Source: Schizochytrium sp. TIO01 (lineage: Eukaryota; Protista; Bigyra: Labyrinthulomycetes). From it: 64,000 nucleotides of DNA. The notes beneath the pieces were generated by a model. It made no database searches, was not told where the DNA came from, and saw only the letters and a program-made list of their open reading frames with translations. Both the position numbers and the translations under genes were made by a program. The stretch is from contig SMSO01000032.1 in NCBI GenBank assembly GCA_004764695.1, positions 4,248,483 to 4,312,482 of the forward strand, written 5' to 3'. Shown here piece by piece: positions 60,653-64,000 of the stretch; position 1 is the stretch's first letter, and the number at the start of each line of letters is the position of its first letter.

Positions 60653-60989
60653 TAATGAAACGTGGTTATGATTACTTAGAGGTATTTGGGGAATGTCTTA
60701 GGTGGTAGTAATTAGTTATTACTATGGCTAGGATTGTCTTGTAGAATGTGCTTGATAAATTCAAGTGCTTCTGGTCGCTTTGGTATTTCGGGTCTGCCTG
60801 CAGGTTTTGCTTTTGCAGACTCCTCTTGATGCTTGCTTGAGTCCCTTCATTCCCTGGTTGATTCCAGCGCAGTGTTGTACATCACCCATCATGCCATCGT
60901 GACACTTTTGTCCTGCTCTCGTCAGATAGGGGCTCCTCTTAATCTTGCGAAGTCATGTCGCAGAGATGTGTCTGAATTCCTTCTCAGTA
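60653..60989 (-). repeat. 5-prime LTR (337 bp)
   Basis: Direct repeat of 55392-55729; reads TACTG...CATTA on the element strand. Confidence 0.96.
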
Positions 60990-61238
60990 GCCTCCCTGAG
61001 CGAAAAAACCGAAAGGTACTGCACCCCTGTAAAGAAGCGAAATAACACCTCTTTTCCACCTTTCTGTCGTGTAGTTTTGGTACTAGAAGTATCTCATCCA
61101 TATTCATTTATTTCTAAATAGCTTGCTTCCTCCTCTTTTGGGAAGCAAATCAGGAACATTTAAGTCGGCAGACCAGAAAGCAATCCAGCGAAGACATTAC
61201 GGAAACGAACCAAGTTACCGACCCTCTGCTCTACCAAA

Positions 61239-61833
61239 ATGCAGCTTGTTCATTCAGTTGTATTGTTGGCTCTTGTTGGCGTGGCCACAGCTAACTCAAC
61301 GTCTAATCCCGTGAGTCTTATAGCCCAATATGTACAGAACCTCCAACCTGAGCTCTTTTCTGCTGGAACTCATCGTGCTCTGCAGGAACTGAGCGACTAC
61401 TCTGAATTCATAACATCATGTCTTTCGGCTTACCCCGGCATGCTTGCATGGTATAACTGCGAAACTCCATATATGTCTTCGGAATCTACTGAAGATGACC
61501 AGCTTTAGCGGTGTTGATGAGTGCGCTTACTTGAGCTCAATATTTTCAATGTTTTCCTCAAGCAGTAGCAGCAGCACCAGCAGCACTACCGAGGATACAG
61601 AATACACTGCTTGTGACACTGATAGCTCCGGAATGTCAGAGGACAGTCTTGGTAACATTACCGATACGAGTTCGACAATTGTAGCCCAATCAATCACAGA
61701 ATTTAACACTATTGCTGATCGCTGTGATGACATTGCTCCGGGTGTAGTTTCACGCCCCAGTTCGGCACCATTTAACGTCCCACCCTTTATGCTTCTAGCC
61801 ATGAGCTTGATTCTTTGCGTTCTCTATCAATAG
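61239..61833 (+). CDS. Secreted, probably GPI-anchored Ser/Thr/Cys-containing surface protein; frame break near 61500
   Basis: Signal peptide MQLVHSVVLLALVGVATA in ORF 61239-61508, and Ser/Thr stalk plus hydrophobic tail FMLLAMSLILCVLYQ in the overlapping frame. Removing one C at 61499-61500 joins them. Confidence 0.7.
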
Positions 61834-64000
61834 ATATTCAATCAGTCTATTCTTTCTTCTCTTTTTTTTTGCGCTCAAAATGCTTTAGTATATGTCTCGA
61901 AAGGACCATATACACCAGAGATCATTTGCAATTGTCTAATAGCCGCGTCGGAGTGTAGTAAAAATTTGATACTGCTTGATATTTTTCTCAGTCGACTAGA
62001 AGTTTGAAGGTGACTTCTTCAATAAATGCGAGACCACTCTTCTAAAGGTAATTCATCGAGAAATATGACGAATATTTAGTCTCATCAAGATTTTTTTGCG
62101 AATGTAAACTTTGAGCAAGAGGTAATGGTTTTAATTACGAGGAATATCTCTACACACAAATGCATCTATAGAACTTTGCGGTGTGGTAGGTCCATGTGCA
62201 TGTACCAGCTGAATTACTATGGGTTCTTAGCCAACGTGGGATTTTCGGATTTTGTTTTGATTTTGGAATCATAATCCTAGACATTAAATCCCTTGGAGGA
62301 AACAGTACATCGAGAGAGGGAACTGCGTTAAAGCTCATGAAGTTGATCTAGCTGCATCGAGTCCAAGAGACAAAGCTCAAGATTGATTTGTTTGGCTTAT
62401 GATTTGCATCGTAGGGCAGTTTAGGATGCACCCCATACATACCGAGCGGGGGATGGAACATAAAGGATTCTCGAAGAATACAATTTAAACTATTGACTCA
62501 CCCAGTAGACGGTATATATTTGAATACACCCGATCGACTGACTTTGCGTGGCCGCTCGCAGAGGGAATGCATCTGTCTCGAGACTAGAAGGTACAAATTC
62601 AAGTCACACCAATCACCTCTCTACGAAGGGAGGCAGATTTCTTAACGTGCAGTTCCGAGCGAAACAGGAAACTTACCTCACTTGGTAGAGGCGGCCCGTT
62701 CAATAAGTACCTCCATGGCCATGAATCTTAGCTAGACCAAATCCACTCAGGGCTTGTCTGCCAGATTCACGATGGAAATGTCGTGAGCTCATATTGTTTT
62801 AGGAAATGTACCAAAAGTGCGAAATTTCAAGCAGATAATATGGGCAGAGTTTGTGCGCTGACAAGGTGTAGATAATCCAGCATAAACACTAGCCAGTTTG
62901 AATGAGTTCGGAACTGCTGGATAGGAGTCCTTTACCGGGGTGCACTTCACTCACTGTTCTATCTTTGACTCAAGCCGAGACATTGTTATGAGATCTTTCG
63001 AAACCAGTGCACAAGCGTGAACACTTTCTACCAAATATAAATAAAATGTCCTTCGCTACGATGGTAGCAACACGATTTTCATGTATCATTATTGCAAATT
63101 TATTTGTTTCATTTGATGGACACCGTAGCGCTGGATAACCATGAAAATGCCCTGCACTAAGCTTGGTCAGCTAGCCTCAAATATTGGCACGGCTAACAAA
63201 GTCTGGGCAGATATTTTAGATTGGGATAGAATCATTATTTTCTTAGCTCCGCACTTGCTAACAAAAGTTCCTGACATTTGATACATAAAAGCACTTCACT
63301 ACGCCAGTACCTAAGGTGCCTCTACCTCTGCTAACTCTTCTGAATGGATATTACTTCAGTTGTTCTTACTAAGAAGAGTCACAGCGAAGAAAATGAGTTA
63401 GGTTTAAAATATTCAGTGGTTTTTATTGCCCACCCGGAATCACATTGAACAACCCGTAGATGCCCTGGAAACGTCCTTGAACAGGTAGCCCCTGCACAAA
63501 CTAAAAAGCACTTGCTATGTTCTTGGAAACCAATCAGGCGTGCATATGTTCTCCATGGGATTTGATTAGGGTAATTCGCCTCACTCACCTTCTTTCCCAA
63601 TAAGCTATGTTATCGTTTTAAAGATCACCTTTTTTTATTTTTTCCTTCCCTTTATAAATAACATATGCGGGAATAGATGACCCTTATTTTAATATGATTC
63701 TGTCCTTTAGATGAAAGTGCTATCACACGCTGTGGCAGTTGTGTATGCGAGCGTGGGTGTCTTTCGCACGAAAGTGCTATCTGAGGTTAGACTAGAGTAG
63801 TATATTCTAACTTAAAATTTTGGACAGTTGAGTCGGAAGGCCTTCGAAGGAACTTCTGAGGGACACTGGAAAACTAACCACAACTAAGGTGTGTATCATC
63901 CAAATACAGTTTCGAGGTGTAGTAAGTGATAGCGCCGAGTACTACACAGGTAGGGTAGTGTTTTGCAAGAACAAAATTACGGTTCGCTTAGGAAACAAGT

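Larger units (their letters stand above)
55392..60989 (-). mobile_element. Full-length Ty1/copia LTR retrotransposon (hemivirus-type priming), 5598 bp, with GCCTC target-site duplication
   Basis: Two near-identical LTRs; GCCTC at 55387-55391 and 60990-60994; PBS and PPT present; single gag-pol ORF in PR-IN-RT-RH order. Confidence 0.97.

Noticed and set aside
60833-61107. Short ORFs sharing the Gag-Pol C-terminal peptide LRRNSDTSLRHDFARLRGAPI
   Set aside because: A consequence of the pol ORF running into the LTR, which is duplicated; not separate genes.
62670-62680. ACTTACCT resembling the U1 snRNA 5-prime end or a minus-strand splice donor
   Set aside because: No U1 stem-loops or Sm site recognised, and no convincing exon adjoining it.

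Overview
Eukaryotic, intron-poor, microsatellite-rich DNA. Gene content and style suggest a heterotrophic stramenopile such as a thraustochytrid (inference, not tested). Bases 1-31 kb are gene-dense: an importin-beta-like HEAT protein, a UBZ-AlkB-GRF dioxygenase, a five-finger RanBP2 RS protein, a spliced TSR2, a VKOR, a nucleoside hydrolase, a three-exon EMC3 and several unknowns. The standout gene is a LOV (flavin/blue-light sensor) domain fused to GTP cyclohydrolase II, the first enzyme of riboflavin synthesis. It is split in this sequence by a single extra A. A 16.5 kb gene desert precedes a large protein that ends in a divergent TIR-like domain, followed by a divergent SmD3. Bases 55392-60989 are an intact, very young Ty1/copia element with non-canonical TA...TA termini, a GCCTC target-site duplication and a half-tRNA(iMet) primer site. 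It sits 250 bp upstream of a secreted, probably GPI-anchored protein gene. I found no tRNA, rRNA or CRISPR features. All domain calls are by-eye motif recognition; no searches were run.
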